Below, piece by piece: positions 1-13,520 of a stretch of 64,000 bases of DNA (its first letter is position 1; each line of letters starts with the position of its first letter). The position numbers and the translations under genes are program-made. The notes under the pieces are model-generated. The model worked only from the letters and a program-made list of their open reading frames with translations. It was not told where the DNA came from and ran no database searches. Origin of the DNA: Selaginella moellendorffii (taxonomy: Eukaryota; Plantae; Lycopodiophyta); NCBI RefSeq assembly GCF_000143415.4, contig NW_003314266.1, positions 1 to 64,000 on the forward strand, given 5' to 3'.

Positions 1-265
1 ATGTCCCGTTGCGTTCTATTCCAAGAAATTGGATGAAACCCAACAAAGATGGCCAACTCATGAGAAAGAGATGTTTGCTATAGTGTCGGCCCTGGAACAC
101 TGGAGACACTACTTGGGTGGACATACCAAGGTTTAGACAGATAGTAACACACTGAGCTACTTTGCTACGCAGCCTAAGCTTATGCCGAAGCAAGCTCGTT
201 GGCAAGAAAAGCTTGCTAGATATGATATTGAAATCATATATAAACCTGGTAAAAACAATATTAGT
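1..265 (+). pseudogene. Ty3/Gypsy pol RNase H fragment, inverted relative to the element at 790-5697
   Basis: Reads PVAFYSKKLDETQQRWPTHEKEMFAIVSALEHWRHYLGG; matches the reverse complement of ~52365-52625. Confidence 0.85.
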
Positions 266-270
266 CCTGA

Positions 271-789
271 TAAATCCTGATAGTGTGGAGAGTGATGAAA
301 TTCCAAGATTATTGTATAGGCGTTGGAGGCAAAAAATAACAGTCTGAGATGGCATGTATTTATTTAAAAATGTAACTTATTATGGCATGGGGTTCCGTGC
401 CATTTTATTAATATTAAAAGACAGTTCTTTGAGAGGATTTGCATTATACTAGAAGTGTTACAGCATGTTATTGGAAGTCTACGAAGTTGTTTTATTAATA
501 AGGGGAAAGTAAAGATTGAATGGGGACTTGGGCTCCACCTAGACTCGGAGCAACTGAGCCAATATTAAAAGGATGGAAAAAAATTGGACAACGATGACAA
601 GGAGAAGAGAGAGGTGAAGCAGTGGCAAGGGGAGGAGAAGTGATTGAGTAGACATTTCCTTGTTTAAAATAAAATGGCATGTGCCTCAATGCAGTTGAAT
701 TTTGTTATATTTATATACTATATAAAGGTTTGGAAACCTTATTTTACAAGTGGGATAATGACAATTCCCACTTTAACGAAATAGAGCTT
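271..789 (+). mobile_element. 3' terminal fragment with right TIR of a second copy of the Sola-like transposon
   Basis: Near-identical to 41321-41839 (offset 41050); ends TCCCACTTTAACGAAATAGAGCTT; includes the last codons of the phosphatase exon (NPDSVESDEIPRLLYRRWRQKITV*). Confidence 0.95.
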
Positions 790-3700
790 CAACCATGTTG
801 CCTTAACGTAACACCAACCGCTTTGTCACAATCTTGCTACAACACGGCACCAATAGCATATCCAGACGCATCACAATGCACTTCAATCTTGATCTTGATC
901 TGGGATCCTGAGAATAGGAACCGTAGTCAAGATCTCCTTCAACCGTACAAAAGCACACTAGCAAGCTAGTGTCCAATGAAACGGAATACTACTCTTCGTC
1001 AACTCAGTCAACAGAAGAGCAATTCTTGCAAAATTGCGGACAAACTTGCGATAGTATCCCGCTAAACCAAGAAAGGAACGAACATTTAATATAGTGGTTG
1101 GAACTTCCAGGATTTCACTGCTTCCACCTTCTTTGGATTGACCTCAATTACACCACCACCAACTATATGTCCGAGAAAGTTTACACGCAATTGTCCAAAA
1201 GTATATTTACTTTCCTTAGCATACAATTTGTGTTCGCACAACTTCTGAAACACCAGCTCCAAGTGTTTCAAATGATCCTCCAACGTTTCGCTGAAGACTA
1301 GAACATCATCGATATATAGGACAACAAATGTGTCCAAATAATCTCCGTATATTCTATCCATCATAGTGTTGAACGTTGCCGGAGCATCGCATAACCTGAA
1401 CGGCATGACAAGAAACTCATAAAATCCGTACCAAGTCTTAAAGGCTGTCTTCTCCACATCTTGATCTGCCACTCGTATTTGATGATACCCAGACCGCAAA
1501 TCAAGTCGCGTAAAATACTTAGCCTTTAAGAGTTGGTCAAACAAGTCATCAATGCGAGGCAAATGATAACTATTTTTGACTGTGATTTTGTTGAATGCCT
1601 GATAATCGATACACATCCTCATGGTTCCATCTTTTTTCATAACAAAAAGGATTAGCACTCCATAAAGTGACTTGCTTGGTCATATATGACCTTTGTCAAG
1701 AAGCTCCGTGAGTTGCTTCTTGAGTTCAGCCATCTCCTTGATGTTCAACCGATATGGAACTTTCGTACGTGGTTTAGAACCCGGAATAACCTCAATCTGA
1801 TGATCAAGCTCACGGCTAGGTGGTAGCCTTGGCGACAAATCCTTCGGGAAGATATTCTAATTCCTCGCCAACAACTCTAATATCTTCCTTGGTATACGAT
1901 CCATTCCATCATTATTCGAACTGAGTCACCAACACCCTCAGCTTCCATCACTTGAACCCAAAAGGTCTGACATCCCCTCTTAGTTGCTTTTTGAGCGGCC
2001 CTCGCAGTCAGGAACTTTGCATCCCAATCCTTTAAGGAATGCTTTTGCAACTGGAAGGACACATCGGGAACGTCCTTCTACAACGCTGTACTTGTGTGAC
2101 AGTCCCGCTACATGCCGCCCCTATATATGTTTGTGAAATAAGTCCATACCAGACACCATCTGAAAATCTGGTATCTTCAACACTACCAAGTCCACTCTTT
2201 CTTTCCACTTGAATATCTTTATTGGAACATCACTCACAAACTTTCTAGCTACTTGCCCACCTTTTACAAACCGGAAGTGCATAGGCGACATTTGCTCAGC
2301 ATTCAATCCTAACATCTTAACTAAGTCTTCAGATATCACACTGTGCATAGCTCCTGTGTCAATCATCACTCAAATTTGGTGTTCACAAACAAAACTTACT
2401 AGATACATCAACGGATCAGTGTTTGCATTGACTACAAGAAAAGCTTGAGGAAAGCAACAAAAGTAACTCACCTCCTCTTCCTCATAGTCTACATTGACCA
2501 ACTTGTCAACCCCTTCGGCTTCACCTCCACCATCTTCCCTCATGACATTAACACGAGACCTTGTCTTATTCTTGTTGGGACATTCGGAGGACCTATATCC
2601 CGACTCTCCACAATGGAAGCAATGACCCACATTACCCGTTCCTCTAGGAGCAGGTTTTGCAAGTTGCTGCTGCTTATACCTACCAAGAGGAGGAACAGAG
2701 GGCCTAAGACTAGAAGAAGCTGTTGGTGGTCTTCAACCACCACCACCACCTTTGTTAACCGTTGCTTGTGAGCCTCCAGGGCGGAACTTGCTTTCCACCC
2801 TCTGTTTCCGATCACCTTGTTTATTCCCAGAATTCCTATTCTTGTCCAAGGTACCAGCATACGACTATTGATATTGTTCCATGAGTGAGTGACTAAAGGC
2901 AACTTGCTGCACTGCCTCTTTACACTCTAGGTACGTCTTCGGCTTAAACTTCAAAATCTCATTACGAGAAAGTGAACTTAAACCCTCTAGGAAATAACTC
3001 CGAGCATTTTTGTCACTCATATTTGCAATCATAATGCATTTCTGAGCAAACAGATTAACATAATGCATGAGGTCCCCTCGTTGCTTTAACCGCCGTAGCT
3101 CCGCGTGAAGTCTCAGATTCCTTACAGATACGAGACTGCATCTTGGTCCAACTTCTAGCCTACCCTTTTTTAACACACACCTGGCGCCACTAAGTTTTGG
3201 CATGATCGGTGAGAAAGGATTGCGCGCACACAACTTTTGTATGATCATCCATGTCTGCCGCTATGAAATAGTTTTCCATATCGTAGACCCAATCCTCCAA
3301 AACTTGATAGTCCCGCATGCCTCTGAAGTTGGGTGGTTTCGGAGGCTTGAACTTTGAAACTCGTGCAACCGGGGGCGGCTGCAGAACTTCATCGTCCTCA
3401 AAATTTGAGGAGGAGTCCAATTGCTTAGGCTTAGCTGGTTTAGTTGCCTTAGCTTCTTTCTTCCTCTTTTTGTTCTCCTTCAATTTGCAAATCTCCCTTC
3501 GCAAATTCTCAATCTCGACTTCTTGAGCCGTACGCTGCAGCGCCACAGCATCTAGCTCTTCCTCTTCTAACTCAGCCTTAGCCTCTTCTGCAGCATCTCT
3601 AGCAGGAGTTTCCTCCTCTTGATTTGCCTGTCTAGAGGTTTCAGCGTCATTAGCACGGTTCCTTTTCACCATACCGCTAGTTGCATACATGCCTCTATCA

Positions 3701-5697
3701 GTAACTGAACATGCATACAACATTCTTACCAAATGGTGCAATCCAACTAATCCTACACAGATCGCTTCGGATCTACTAGAAAAGTCTCTGCGTATGCAAC
3801 TTGAGTCAGAAAATCTGACAAAAGTTGGATAGGAATTGCTAAGATAATTCCTCTGATACCAAATGTAGCGCACCTGAATTTGGAGCCAAATTCCAAGCCC
3901 ATTGTGCTATGAAACAAGGGTCCGGTACAATTCCACAAGCACTAGCTCCCCGTATCTAGTTGTCGTAAATGTGACTTCGGGTATCGAAAGTTACATGTCG
4001 GCCAGTCCTTACAGACACTCTTTCCTTACTGCCATGACGGCAGGAGGTCGGTATTGCTGGACCCTTTATCAGTCCCTCTTGTGCTAGTGGAGTTAACTGG
4101 GCATTTCAAGTGTACTTAGACTGGACGAGCATAAGGATGGAATTCCTACGTGTTATTAGCTAAACATACTTAGCCCGGTAAGGAGTTCCCATCTCGTTAT
4201 GTCTTGCACTGGCTAGTGACAAGAACCCTCGCGTATTGAGATTAGTCCCTCAATATCGCTAGATGATAACTTATTGTGTCTGCCAAACACCCTCGCTATC
4301 TACCCTTTGTATTAGTCTCATTTTGGTCTCAAATGCTATTTATGGAAAGTGTCTAGATTTGTTCATTTGGCATATCTATGGAATGTAGAGATTGTCGTGA
4401 ACACAATGGTGTTCATTCCGTGTCCAAATTCGCAATCTAGTGCCATTCTATATTTAGTAAGTTTCGAGCTTGTCCCAGAGACTAACTCCTAATACTAAGG
4501 GAGGCTTGGGGTGAAAGTCCAAAGCGTGTGTTCCTCAAGGGGGGGGTGGGGGGCTGTTGGGGGTCCAAATGTATAGTAGGGATAGGGGGCATGGTCGACC
4601 AACCTGAGGCATAGTTTAGCTCTTGCTTACATGCCTGTCTTTGTTTTGCGTCTAGCTTGGGTCTAAGCCCAAGTTCCATTTCATGCTAGCTGGTGGAGTA
4701 CCCATGTCCTTGCGTTAGGCCACCGGTATGCCAAAATAGCACCAAACTCCGTTTGGCTTCATTTTGCGTGTTGGTCTTGGCAATGGGATGCTGGTTGCTC
4801 TAGGACTGTTCTAAGTCGCTCCAGGCTCTTGTCCCTTCACTCCTTGGGCTGTATACTCGGGAGTTGCTCCATGGTACGGTTCTGTCACTCCTTGGCTCTA
4901 TACTTGGGAGTTTGGCACCGTTCCTTTGTTCAGTGGCCCAAGGCCTTGAACCTCGGGTTCCGCACCACTGTCCCTTGGACACATGACATATGACATGTGG
5001 CATTTGTCATGTGGCATAAAGAAGGTTTAGGTTCCGCTTCGTGTTGTTATCCTATGGTAAATCACCATAGGATAAAGGGTCAAAACCATGTGCACTACAT
5101 CAACACCTACACGCAAAATGGTGTTAGACAGAGTCTGGCATAATTTTGGCATACCGGTGGCCTAACGCAAGGAAGAGGGTACCCCACCGACTAGAGTAGC
5201 GTGGAGCTTAAGCTTAAACCCAAGCCGAACAGGGGACAAACACCATTGTGTTCAGGCCGACCTCTATATTCCGTAGACATGCCAAAATGAGCAAATCTAG
5301 ACACTTTCCATAAATAGCATTTGGGACCAAAATGAGACTAACACAAAAGGTGTGATAGTGAGGGTGTTTGGCAGACACAGTAAGCTATCATCTAGCAAAT
5401 ATTGAGGGACTAGTCTCAATATCACGGGGGTTCCCAACACTAGCAAGTGCAAGTCAACATCATTAGTTTCTCGTCACTGTGTCAAGTATGCTTGACTTAA
5501 TGACAACTTAGGATTTCCTTCCTAAGTGCCCTTCCGGTCTAAGTGCACATGTGCTAACCAGTTTCTTAACTAGCTTGGATGGAGACCATAACGGGAACCA
5601 GCAGTACTGACCTCCTGCCGTCGTGGCAGTAAGGAGAGAGTGTCCATAAGGACTAGCCGACAAGTATCTTTCGATACCCGAAGTCATATTCGCGACA
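790..5697 (-). mobile_element. Ty3/Gypsy LTR retrotransposon, degenerate gag-pol plus 5' LTR
   Basis: RT ORF 1086-1658 (LDLRSGYHQ, YIDD); protease 2121-2369 (IDTGA); CCHC knuckle 2370-2630; gag ~2865-3670; PBS TGGTATCAGAG at ~3851-3861; LTR TG..CA 3864-5697. Confidence 0.92.
3961..5099. mobile_element. Solo LTR (family Y) nested in opposite orientation inside the 5' LTR
   Basis: TG..CA ends; reverse complement matches LTR 18770-19936; the host LTR resumes after 5099 in register with the uninterrupted copy at 49310. Confidence 0.8.
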
Positions 5698-6007
5698 CCC
5701 ACTAAGAAACAACTTTTATGAGTAACTTTCAAGTAAATGTAGATAATACTTACTTTTATGACAAGCAATCTCTGTTATGATATCAAACCACTTCTTTGGA
5801 AGTCGAGGATCGGCCACACTGAGTAATTTCTTTACCTTTGTCTTCTTTGTGATGTTGATTTTTTTGTCAATTTTGGCTAAATGCTCTAAGAGTTCTTGAT
5901 GATTTTTAGCTTGATGCAAATGTGCATATGCATCTTGCCTAACCTTCACCAATAGCTGAAGACAACACAAACATTCAGTGATAAAAAGTATACTGAGAAG
6001 AACATAT

Positions 6008-6202
6008 TGTAAACTCTTGAATTTTGTCTTCCCGAGAGGCCATCCAACCCAGTACTATTCAAACCCAAGGATGCTTAACCTTAAATATCCCAAAACTATT
6101 AACCAATTGAAAAAGAAGGTGCATTTTTATTCATGGGCCTTTTCCTTTTATATTTGAACCTTTATGGATCGTCTCTCAAATCATTCCCTTTGGTTGCTTA
6201 CA
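6008..6202 (-). mobile_element. Cassandra-like TRIM solo LTR with 5S rRNA-derived segment
   Basis: TG..CA ends; CATAT/CATAC flanks; reverse complement resembles 6783-6965 and 46776-46970. Confidence 0.7.
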
Positions 6203-6782
6203 CATACCAAATTCTTATACCATGTATTAGCATCTTGATGATCTTGTTGATGCCAAATAAGTGATGCTAAATCGTCACTATAGTGGCTACAGATTGCATC
6301 CTCATTGAAATTTGCAAAAAATTGAATCTGCTCGATATCATGCACTAGGCTTTTCTTTTGCACTGCAAACTATCCTAGCTTGCAAAACACAAATTGTTAA
6401 AAGTGATTGAAGAGGGAGAGGTATTTACGTATTAATTTTGTGGTAAGTTATCACAAGCCTTGCCATATCTAGAGATCCTTTCGTATGTACATGTCCAATT
6501 GGAACATTGATATGATAGACAAGATTGTCTTAGAAGCATTCATTGATGCACTTCACCCATGCACACTAGCAATGATTCCCATCAATAATATAAAACATTT
6601 TTTGCTTGTTCTCCCTCTCATCTCCATGCTCTTTTCCCTTCAAAAGAGTTTCATTCTTTTGTGATAAATGAGAAAGACTCAAGCTCGAAAAGGTTGGTTC
6701 GTGCATGGTTTTTTCTGCTACAATTAACAATTAATGTTACAACTGTGCCAAGGGCGTGAACTTGCAGGGAAGCGTGGTGGAT

Positions 6783-6965
6783 TATAAGCAACCAAAGCGA
6801 ATGACTCAAGAGATGATCTATAGGGTTCAAATGTAAAGGGAAAGGGCCCATGAACAAGAGTTCCAATCGGTTAAAGGTCTTGGGATATTTGGGGTTAAGC
6901 ATCCTTGGGTTTGAATAGTATTGGGCTGAGTGACCTCCCGGGAAGTCCAAACTCAGGAGTTTACA
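6783..6965 (+). mobile_element. Cassandra-like TRIM LTR
   Basis: Contains GTTAAGCATCCTTGGGTTTGAATAGTATTGGGCTGAGTGACCTCCCGGGAAGTCC, similar to the 5S rRNA internal promoter region (box A, IE, box C). Confidence 0.7.
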
Positions 6966-7135
6966 GTAGTAATGGTGGTGATGACAATGGTTGCAAAATC
7001 ACTGGTGGTGGTGATGACAGTGGTGGTGGTGGCAGTAATGGTGGTGGTGATGACAATGGTTGCAAAATCACTAGTGGTGGTGATGACAGTGGTAGTGGTG
7101 GCAGTAATGGTGGTGGTGGCAAAAATGGGGGTGGA
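6966..7135. repeat. GGT-rich tandem duplication (~57-bp unit)
   Basis: Unit AGTAATGGTGGTGATGACAATGGTTGCAAAATCACT... repeated; Pro-rich on the minus strand. Confidence 0.7.
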
Positions 7136-7504
7136 TGTGAATTGGAATTATTTGGTTGCAGAATTGGCAATGTAGATGGCAAAGTTGTCGTTGTAGAAAT
7201 CTCTATCTGAAGGTCAAATTGGTTGTCGTCCTAGATCTCATCTTCCTCATGTTTTGTTCTCTTTGATCCAATATCCTTATCCTTTTGTAGTTGTTTTCAT
7301 TTCTAAAATTATAAAGGAGAAAAAAAAAAAATGCATAAGAAGTGATTGCGTAGTGGTCATTCATTGGTATGCTAGCATACGGCTATGGGAGGCAATGCCC
7401 AAGCCCACTTGACGCTCGGGCTCGCTTAGCCCGCAGCTCAGCCGAGTGCCCGGGCTAAACCACATGGGCCGGTTTGCCAGAATACTAGTCTAGCCCGCAC
7501 TCGC

Positions 7505-8101
7505 TATAGCGTATGTGATCATGGGATGAGATTTAGATATACTGTCACTGTGGATCCTTGGAACCTTAGGGGATAAATGGGGATAAAATAGCCATTGAGG
7601 GCTCTCTCATCAAACAATTACCCCTTTTTCAGTTGGCTTAAAGGGAGAGAGATAAAGTGTGTTACATATGGTATCAGAGGAAATGGCACGAATTCGATTC
7701 CCATTGATTAGTGGCTATTTAAAAATATAATATACCCTTGAGCAAGGTATATTCTTACCCCTAAAATTTAAAATCGTATATATTGGGCATTCATGTGTAC
7801 ATCCTTCCTCTTGGTAGAGCATCCACAAACAAAGGTATCTATCGTAGGACTATGGTACGGGTGGATGACTAGTTGCCTCACATGGAATAGCTAATCTACA
7901 TAATGGAAGGATTCGTAAATTCAGTGCGGAAATAAAGGACATAGTCAATGAGGACATTAACATCTTTGACGGGGGGGGGTGAGTGTAACACATATGATTA
8001 TAGGATGATAAATGAGAATAAAATAGCCACTAAGAGCTTTCTCATCAAGCAATTGCCCCTTTTCTAGTTGGCTTAAGGGGCGAGAGATAAGATGCACTAC
8101 A
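7505..8101 (+). mobile_element. TRIM (non-autonomous miniature LTR retrotransposon)
   Basis: Short LTRs ~7505-7666 and 7984-8101; PBS TGGTATCAGAG; poly-G PPT; CTCGC/CTCAC TSD; related to 48340-49046. Confidence 0.85.
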
Positions 8102-10299
8102 CTCACACTTCGCCGAATATCTAGGCCATGTGGGCTAGTTCACTAGTGTACCGTACCGACCCACGTGGCCTAGCCTATGCAGTAGAGCCCAAGCACTCAG
8201 CTGGGCACTCAGCACGGGCTAGTTTCCTGGCATACCAGCCCGGCCCGTGCTGAGTGCCCAGGCTAGGCCATGCAGACTAGTACAATACACTAGCAAACTG
8301 GCCCATGCAGCCCAGGCTGGGGCTGCACCCGCACTTTGCCGACTGCCTAGGTTGCACAGGCCAATTCACCGGCATACCGTACCAGCCCACGTGGCTTGGC
8401 CCACATGGCCCAGCCTGGGCACTTGCTCAGTCACTCGGCACAAGCCGGGCTGATACCCCGGCGAACCAGCCCGGCCACTGCGGTATGCCATGTCGTGCAG
8501 CACCCTACACGTCACTATGTGGCACACCACATATCCCCGTGCCTGGCCAAGTGGCTGGGCCAGTCTACATGGGCTTGGCCATGTGGGCTGGTCACCGGCA
8601 TACCGGCCCAACCCACTGCGGTGTGCCATGCTGTGTGGCACACTGTGCATCACCATGCAATGCACCGCACTTCACCATGGCATACGCCAGCACAGCTTTG
8701 TGGCTCACATGTGTCATGTGAAGCATGTGGCACAGTGGTGCTAGGCACTGCAGCGTAGTGGTGCTGTGGCATGGCAGTGCCGTGCGCTACAGCGCGGTGG
8801 CACTAGATGCTGTAGTGCTTGGTGTCGAGGTGGAGATTAAGGTGGTGTAATGAGGAAGTAGAGGAGAAAAAAAAAAGACTTATTCTTGGTGGTATTGTTT
8901 TTGACGTCGATGGATCCTATAGTCACTCCCAATCTCCCACTCTACTTTCTGTAAAATCCCTAATGCCAGTGGCTACCCTAACCCTAATCTAACTTTTATC
9001 ACAGCCTTTCATTATGAATGTAGTAAATCTCCATTTCTTTTGGCAATTATTGCTACCAATCTACAATTTCTATTCCGTCCTAAATTTGATCACGTGACAA
9101 AGTCCTTTTGAGTTATAACTTAATAATAGAGGTGTGCCATAATATGGAAATAATATCACAGCTGCATGTGTTGAATTGATCATAGTATGAAATTATAAAT
9201 GAGAATTATGTGTTTCTTGCACGTCATAGAATCTTGTCATCAAATATAGTTCTTAAAATCATAAGATGTTATTTCCAAAGCAATGTGATAGATAATTTAC
9301 TATAGGTGATAGATGGTAGTACAAAGATGGAACATATATTTAAATGAGTTCAAAAGAATGTGATGATTTCTGGCTTTAATGAAGTACTAAAAATATGTAC
9401 AATATTTAATTTATTTGGCAACAATTGGTCGATAGTAAATCCTAGAATAAAATCATTCCTATCTTTCACATTATTGCACATGCTTGAGGTGATATTTCTT
9501 TCTATTCTGCAAAAAGTTACTCTATATAATAACTCCATGCACACCAATAGGCCAGTGTGCCTGTGCATTCTCATGTCCTCCTCCACCAGCATGAATAGCA
9601 ACACATTAAATTAAATGTATACAGACTTTAATATTGTACAACATAGTCCTTTATACTTCATATAGACTTTATTACAACAATGTTATTCGATGTTAGATCC
9701 TAGAATAAAATCACCCTTACTTTTCACATAATGGCATAGTATATGTTTGACATAACATTTCTTTTCATTTTAACTCTAACTTTGAACCTAACTTCGAGCA
9801 TATTTTTGAATCAAGTAAAAAGATTGGAAGACAATGTGGAGTTTTTTTATATGTGACAATCTTTTTATACTTTTGATAGACCTTATCATAAAAGTTCAAA
9901 CTTCCAAAATCTAAAGGCAATAAAATGGAGAATTTTTTTTTGCATTACCAAAATCACCCACCACTCTCTTTCTCCCAAAGTCTTATTTTAGAAAGTTTTC
10001 TTTACCGATGTTTCAATCTTTCTCTTGGTTCTATTTCATTAGAGGCTATGATTCACAACAACATTGATGTAGTTGAACGATCGGAATTTCTTCTTTGGAT
10101 GTGGGTGAAGGTGGACGACATTGGGATTTGCAACATTCCAAGTTCAAGGAGATTCGAGTTTTTGAATCTCCAATCAAAGTGTGAGGTTGCGATCCTACCA
10201 AAGTGATTGTGAAATAAGAGTCAGTTGTCATCATTTCTTCCTCTTTTAGTTTTAGTAGAGATGCTAGTCTAGTGCTAGCCAAGAATTTACAAACTCCGA

Positions 10300-13200
10300 C
10301 TTCACTGATATTCAAAGTTGTTTGCAAAGCTTTCTAGTTTTCCCACCTCTCTATCGACGTGCGCTCGTTTTTGCATAAGCCCATTAGCAAAATCCCATCT
10401 ATATACAATAGCAATATCTTCTTTGAATTACCACTTTTTGTCAGCTCAAAACAACACTAAACAAGACATTTATAACTGGTGCAAGATCATGACCACACAC
10501 TTCCAATATTTTGAAGGTATAGTGTTCATGGTTCATTGAGATGGGTATTTGGATTGTGTGAATGAAATATGCAATCGAGAGCATAGTAAAAACTCCATAG
10601 TTTTTTTAAGGATCTGCAATCAATCCTCCCATCCATAACATTATTGGTGTTGGATTCAAGTGTCAGTTTTGCAAGAATGCTTCATTGTGTTGTGCTATTT
10701 GTGGGACCAAGATGTACTACTTTCTTCCACGGGATGGAGAAGCTGGTAAAGCTGTAATACATATTGACACGTACACACATCCAATGCAAGAAGGGATACA
10801 AAAGAGTCTAGTCAACCATTTTTAAGATGCAATGTAGATAGAGATTGTGAGAAACTCATCTACAACTCTAAAGCATGTTTAAAAGATAGTGCTCAAGGAT
10901 TTTATCACAAGCACTTTACTCAATCTAGGCTGCAAGAATACTCAATAGATGAGGCTAGCTTGCGGGAGTTAGTACAATGCGTGCAATTTGCAATTAGCCT
11001 CAGGAGGTAAGAATATATTATTATATACTTTTCAATAGTATCTCTCTTATATTTTATTTTATTTAGGATAAAATCTTGGATGTGTGAATCTTGAGAGGGG
11101 AAACTCTAGTAAAAAATCAACTCTATCCTTGAACTAAAATGGAATCATCCCTATGAGTTTATCCATGGGAGTTTATTTCCAGATCAAGTTGTTAGTGAGC
11201 AAGAGCACCCATTCGTCTTTAAAATGTCTACCATAGGCTTTGCCTTTAGTGTAGATCTTGTTTCCCGAATGGATATGTTAGGGTTAAGTAATCTTACTAA
11301 TACATGGGTACATCTTGACTATATGGAGCAGTTAGCAGGTTGGACAACTATGTGAGCTCATGTGTATAATCTAAGGTAGTTATTTTTTCTCACTGTCTTA
11401 AAATGGTTTTAAGCATTGTCCTTTTCATAGGCTACATTCTAACTTGACAATTACAATAGTAGAGTTTAAAGTAGAAGACCAAATACCCCAAGAAATATTT
11501 TGGAAGTCCTTCTTTGACATTGTACTAAAGTAGATTGGTAAACCTACCAACTTTCGCAATTTCATGGCAATGGGGCTCAAGCTAATTGGAATGGTGTCTG
11601 GGCTGTCTTTAGGAATGATCAACCCCTAGAAGATTGTGAGAGGACATGCAAGTTCCATTGGGCTCAAAGCCTAAACCAATACTACCACCTTATCAAGCTA
11701 GATTTTTAATTAGTGTTTAAGGAGTTGTGCAAACAATGGCAAGTTGCACCTTCTGAAGAAGAGCATGAGGCAAAAGAAAACGAGATCCAAATATAGTGGT
11801 GTGAAGATGGCCATATGGACATAAGTTATCTATCACAACTTAAGTTGTGGTATGCTTTATTTCGTTAAAGTGGAACTTATTCAGTAAAGTGGGACATTAA
11901 TTAGCATGTGTCCACATGCCATTTCCTAGTACTTAATTAATATTTATTAATATTTATATCAGTTTTTTAATTTATTTTTTATATTTCACAATATTATAAC
12001 ACAAAATCATATGAAAAGTTTTTAATTTATAAATTATAAAGCTAAAACTTCAATTTTTTATTGTTGTTATAAAAATGGCATGGCCACACACCATAAGTGG
12101 GATAATGAAAAGTTCCACTTTAACGAAATAAAGCATTGGTTGGGTGGTGGGAAGTTTATGTTCTAATAGGGACATCACTCTTCTTAGGTTGGTTTTTCTT
12201 TTTTTCTTTTCTTTTTATTGCTTTTTAATATCATCTTTATATTAGGACCAACCATTTGAGGATCTTATATACACCCCAATTGTGAATCTCTCAAAGAGTA
12301 AGCATTCGAGTTGTTGTTCCTCTAAGGCAGGGAAAGGGAAAATGAGTCTATGTGAAACATGTCTATTGAATTTGATATGTGTTATGGACTAGTCTTTAAA
12401 AGTCTTGGCATTTGAGGAAGGAAGATACATAGGAATAGGACACTTAATTAACATATTACACATGAAGAAGAAAATGACTCAACTAGCACAAATAGTGGCA
12501 ACTACAGTGGAGGAAGTGGTCTGTAGCATATCTATGAAGTACACTCCCTAGCTTTTATTAGTGATATAAAAACTATCTGCTTAAAGCGTCGTTTTTCCTT
12601 TGCTGGTGAGTGAAGATGTTGGTACAGACCTTAGAGTGAAAAGCTTTCATAGGCTTAATGTTGAGTACCATTTTGTTCCAAGACACTACTTTCAGACCAA
12701 ACCACCTTAAGTGGTTAATGAAGAAAGTGCATCATAACAAGTTGAAATCGTTTATTATAGCATGAAGCCGAAGCAATAGACAATCCGTCAAGTGCTAGCA
12801 AAATCAAATGTAATGTGTATGGGGATGCTTCCGAGGGGTAAGTGTTAAGCCTAGATTTGTGGTGATAAGTTTGTTTTTGTTCCACCCTATGTTTCCATGG
12901 GGAATGAAAATAAACAAGATTTTCAAGATGATGTTAGCTATATTACTACAACACTAATGCCAACTATACAAAGTGGTTTGAAGACAATATAATGACTAAA
13001 TCTGATGTAGTACTTAAAGAATGGCCAGTTGCTAATAGGGTTGTGCTCACCTTAGATAAAATTGAAAACCTTGAGAAATTTGGTTTCAATTTTGAGAAGA
13101 GAGTTGGAGACATGAGTGACAGAACTAAGACTATTCCCACAAGGATGCATAAGAAGCTAGCAAGAAAAGGTGAAGTAATTAAATTTATTGGTATTATCTC

Positions 13201-13520
13201 CAAGTAGAAGTAGGGTAAAATAAACTTGGTTCAAACACTTGAGTGTGAGATTCTCTTTATGAAATACATCATTGCACTTGCAAATGAGTACATAATCAAA
13301 ACATATGGTGAAGAGTACACAATTGCCATTCAAGACTTTCCTTCTTGCACATTTCTAGACTTTATGAAACACAAGGAACATGAAAAGGCATATGCTCCTT
13401 GCAAGTATATGTACTATATCTTCATCAACATCTTGCAATAGGATTCTAAAGTGGATATTCATATACACCAAGCAAGTTTTACTATTGTTGAGTTGCAGAA
13501 AATGTTTTTTTGGAACTAAC
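10300..13520 (+). pseudogene. Degenerate Mutator/MULE-like transposase with SWIM zinc finger (boundaries approximate)
   Basis: Fragments: C..CGTKMYY...IHIDTYTHP (GCM/WRKY-like) ~10700-10785; CKFHWAQSL ~11645-11675; SWIM-like FPSCTFLDF...APCKYMYYIF in ORF 13226-13441; many stops. Confidence 0.6.
11852..12136. mobile_element. 285-bp MITE of the Sola-like family
   Basis: Perfect 27-bp TIR ATGCTTTATTTCGTTAAAGTGGAACTT; 4-bp TSD TGGT (11848-11851 and 12137-12140); TIR nearly identical to that of 28796-41839. Confidence 0.93.

Noticed and set aside
6890-6950. 5S rRNA gene
   Set aside because: Only a diverged internal segment embedded in TG..CA LTRs, i.e. Cassandra-like rather than a full gene.
6905-7210. 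Gly-, Val- or Pro-rich protein ORFs
   Set aside because: Low-complexity GGT duplication overlapping an LTR; no supportable gene model.
8100-8830. GC-rich overlapping ORFs
   Set aside because: No recognisable domain; degenerate short repeats, probably non-coding TE sequence; does not contain the 20-bp palindrome.
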